Shown: positions 61,881 through 64,000 of the stretch, in pieces
How positions within the stretch are numbered: the first letter of the stretch is position 1
Layout: each line of letters starts with the position of its first letter
Assembly (NCBI RefSeq): GCF_018350175.1
Contig: NC_058383.1
Coordinates: forward strand, 26,972,001-27,036,000
DNA length: 64,000 bases
Reading direction: 5' to 3'
Source of the DNA: Felis catus
Taxonomy: Eukaryota
Translations under genes and position numbers: made by a program
Notes under the pieces: model-generated
Databases searched by the model: none
What the model was told of the DNA's origin: nothing
What the model saw: only the letters and a program-made list of their open reading frames with translations

Positions 61881-62060
61881 CAAGGGTCAGCAAACTTTCT
61901 CTGTAAAGGGCCAGAGAGTGTATATTCTAGGCTTTGTGGGCCAGTCAAGGTCACAGCTATTCACCTCTGCCATTGCAGTGCAAGAGCAGTTATAGGTAAA
62001 ATGTAAATAAATGAGCATGTGTTCCAGTAAAACTTTATTTACAAATACAGGCCAAGCCCT
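61881..62060. mobile_element. MER58A
   Basis: gggtcagcaaactttctctgtaaagggccaga..ggctttgtgggcca..gtgttccagtaaaactttatttacaaa. Confidence 0.88.
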
Positions 62061-63555
62061 TGTGCATCAGTTAGCATCTGAGCTGACAGCAACAGAAATC
62101 GCTGTTTCGTTTAATGAGGCAAGGAGTTTATTACCTTCCCTTTGCAGGCTCCCACTGAGCGTATTGGTACCATGGGCCATTGCCTTGTCCAGTGTTACTG
62201 ATGCTTTAAGAACAGCCCAAGTCTCCTTTCTGCCAAGCCATCTCTGATGTCCAATCTGCATCTCTGATCTCAGCTGGAAGGAAACAAAAGGGATGTGTTC
62301 CATCTCTGCCTGTGTGGTGTCTGATGCACGTGAGCAGCCCTCCTCTGAAGCTGGAAGATGTCTACACACATGGAACTCCTAAGAGACCAAGAATGCTGGC
62401 AAGGCATTCACATCTGAGTGAGTGCCACCCTTCTGCATCACTCACATCAGCAATACCTGCCCTGTGCTAGGGTTGATAGATCCAGACAATACGCAGAGCA
62501 CCCGGGAGAGGTTCAGGCTCAGCCAGCCAAGTCAGCAAGTCTAGAACAAGGACCATATGATTCAGCCCAACTCAGGGCCAAACTCATCTTCCCCAGATGC
62601 CAGAAAATCCAGATCTCCAAGAAGTGAGACTTTGCCAAATTTGATGTAACTATTAGTTTGAGAGAACAGCGGCTGAGTGTCAAAAGTAATCCAAAATGTG
62701 GTCTCTTGGATGAGAGCTGGGACGTGTTTCATGAGGGAACTGATGCACATTCTTTCTCCAAAGAATTCCTTGGGCCAACCTCCTTCTACTCCTAACCCCC
62801 AGTAAGCTCTATCAGACACACACATGCATGCAGAAAGGTTTTGTTAAAGGATATTTCTCATGCACATTTCTGGAACCTCCAGAAAGCCTGACTGGAGGCC
62901 ATGGGATCAGGAGCATCCCTGAAATTATACTGCAGCCTTGGGTGGGTGGAGTTGCCATGTTGGCTGCCCTGGACCAGACACCATGGTTTGACTGCAGGGC
63001 ACGGGGCATGGGATGCTGTTGTTAAGAATCTCTGCCTTTCTTGCCTCTGGAAGCCGAGCATTCCTGTTGCCCCTCTCTTCAGAGTGGATTCCCGCAGCAA
63101 CCAGCTCCCATTTCCAAGTCTTGCCCAGGCCCAGCTGATTGGTCGAGTTGACTTGTGTGCCATGTGCCTGTGCCCTTGCTGCAGAGGCTGCTGGGAAGGA
63201 GTCTGAAGGTTCTGTCCTAAAGTAGAGAAACCTCCCAACAAAGGAAGAATATGCAAAGGAGCAGAGTGGTCAAAAGGAATTTTAAAATGCCCACTGTACC
63301 TTCTAAGACAGCTTTTTGTGTGTCTGGGGCCCTGTCCACCGTTCCTTCTACTTTTCCTCTCTTCGCAGATTAATTTCAAGTGTTCACCCGCATTCTGTAC
63401 GTTCTTTAGCCCTCAAGTGCCACTCCTACATCTGGCTTTTCAGGAGCTTAGTTTCTCCTAAGAACAGAATTCAGATTACTAGTAGTGCAAAATCCGCCTT
63501 CCTGTTTCCTGAGGAGAAGGGAGACTTCAATTTCTAAAAACTCATGGCAGGAAGC

Positions 63556-63580
63556 AAAAAAAAAAAAAAAAAAAAAGAAA
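63556..63580. repeat. Poly-A run
   Basis: Directly visible; no attached SINE or L1 body recognised. Confidence 0.9.
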
Positions 63581-64000
63581 GCGAGAATGTGAGTTGAGCA
63601 ATTCATATTGTAACACAGGTTAACTTCAGCTCATCTAAAAATCAAAATTGAAAGCAAATTGGTTTAGATTGCAGCAAGACCGCTTTCTGGTTTTCAGGCC
63701 TGTGGCAACATGGAATGTCTTTCCCGGAGGTCCTTCGGGAATTGGCTGGATCCACCAGGCTGGCCGGCATAATTATATGACCTAGTTGTGTGTGGAGATA
63801 AGAGGAGTAGATGAGATGGCTTTCGCGTGTCCCTGCTAGCCTTGCTGACGTACCGTTGCTGTGCACTACCAGCCTATGTGTGCTGACAGTGCAAAGCGAG
63901 ACATTCCAGTGAGCACAGGCACACAAGTGCATGCGTGTCCGGTGGGGGCGGCAGAGTCAGCTGGCGCCAGGAACAAAGGACCGATTCTCGGGATGGGTTA

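Noticed and set aside
1..64000. CRISPR arrays, operons, rRNA genes, processed pseudogenes, intact provirus
   Set aside because: No regularly spaced repeat-spacer array, no long ORFs, no recognisable retrocopy or ERV internal coding sequence

Overview
Mammalian genomic DNA, almost certainly felid: it holds about 29 Can-SINEs, seven of them near-identical young cat-type (SINEC_Fc-like) copies, plus carnivore LINE-1 fragments. Much of the window is interspersed repeat (Can-SINE, L1, L2, MIR, MaLR/ERVL LTRs, hAT MER elements) and microsatellite. I recognise no protein-coding gene; the only ORFs I recognise are decayed L1 ORF2 pieces and SINE read-throughs. The window looks like intronic sequence of a large plus-strand gene: there is one strong isolated 91-nt exon candidate (23919-24009), and SINEs and younger L1s are mostly antisense to it. 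I could not name the gene. The best leads are that exon, a GC/CpG-shifted patch at 52-53 kb that looks like biased gene conversion, a ~97-bp local duplication preserving the empty site of an L1 insertion, reuse of retrotransposon target sites, and a SOX-motif cluster at 58.9 kb. I found no convincing novel multi-gene system. Repeat family names come from recalled consensus sequences, and boundaries of old repeats are approximate.
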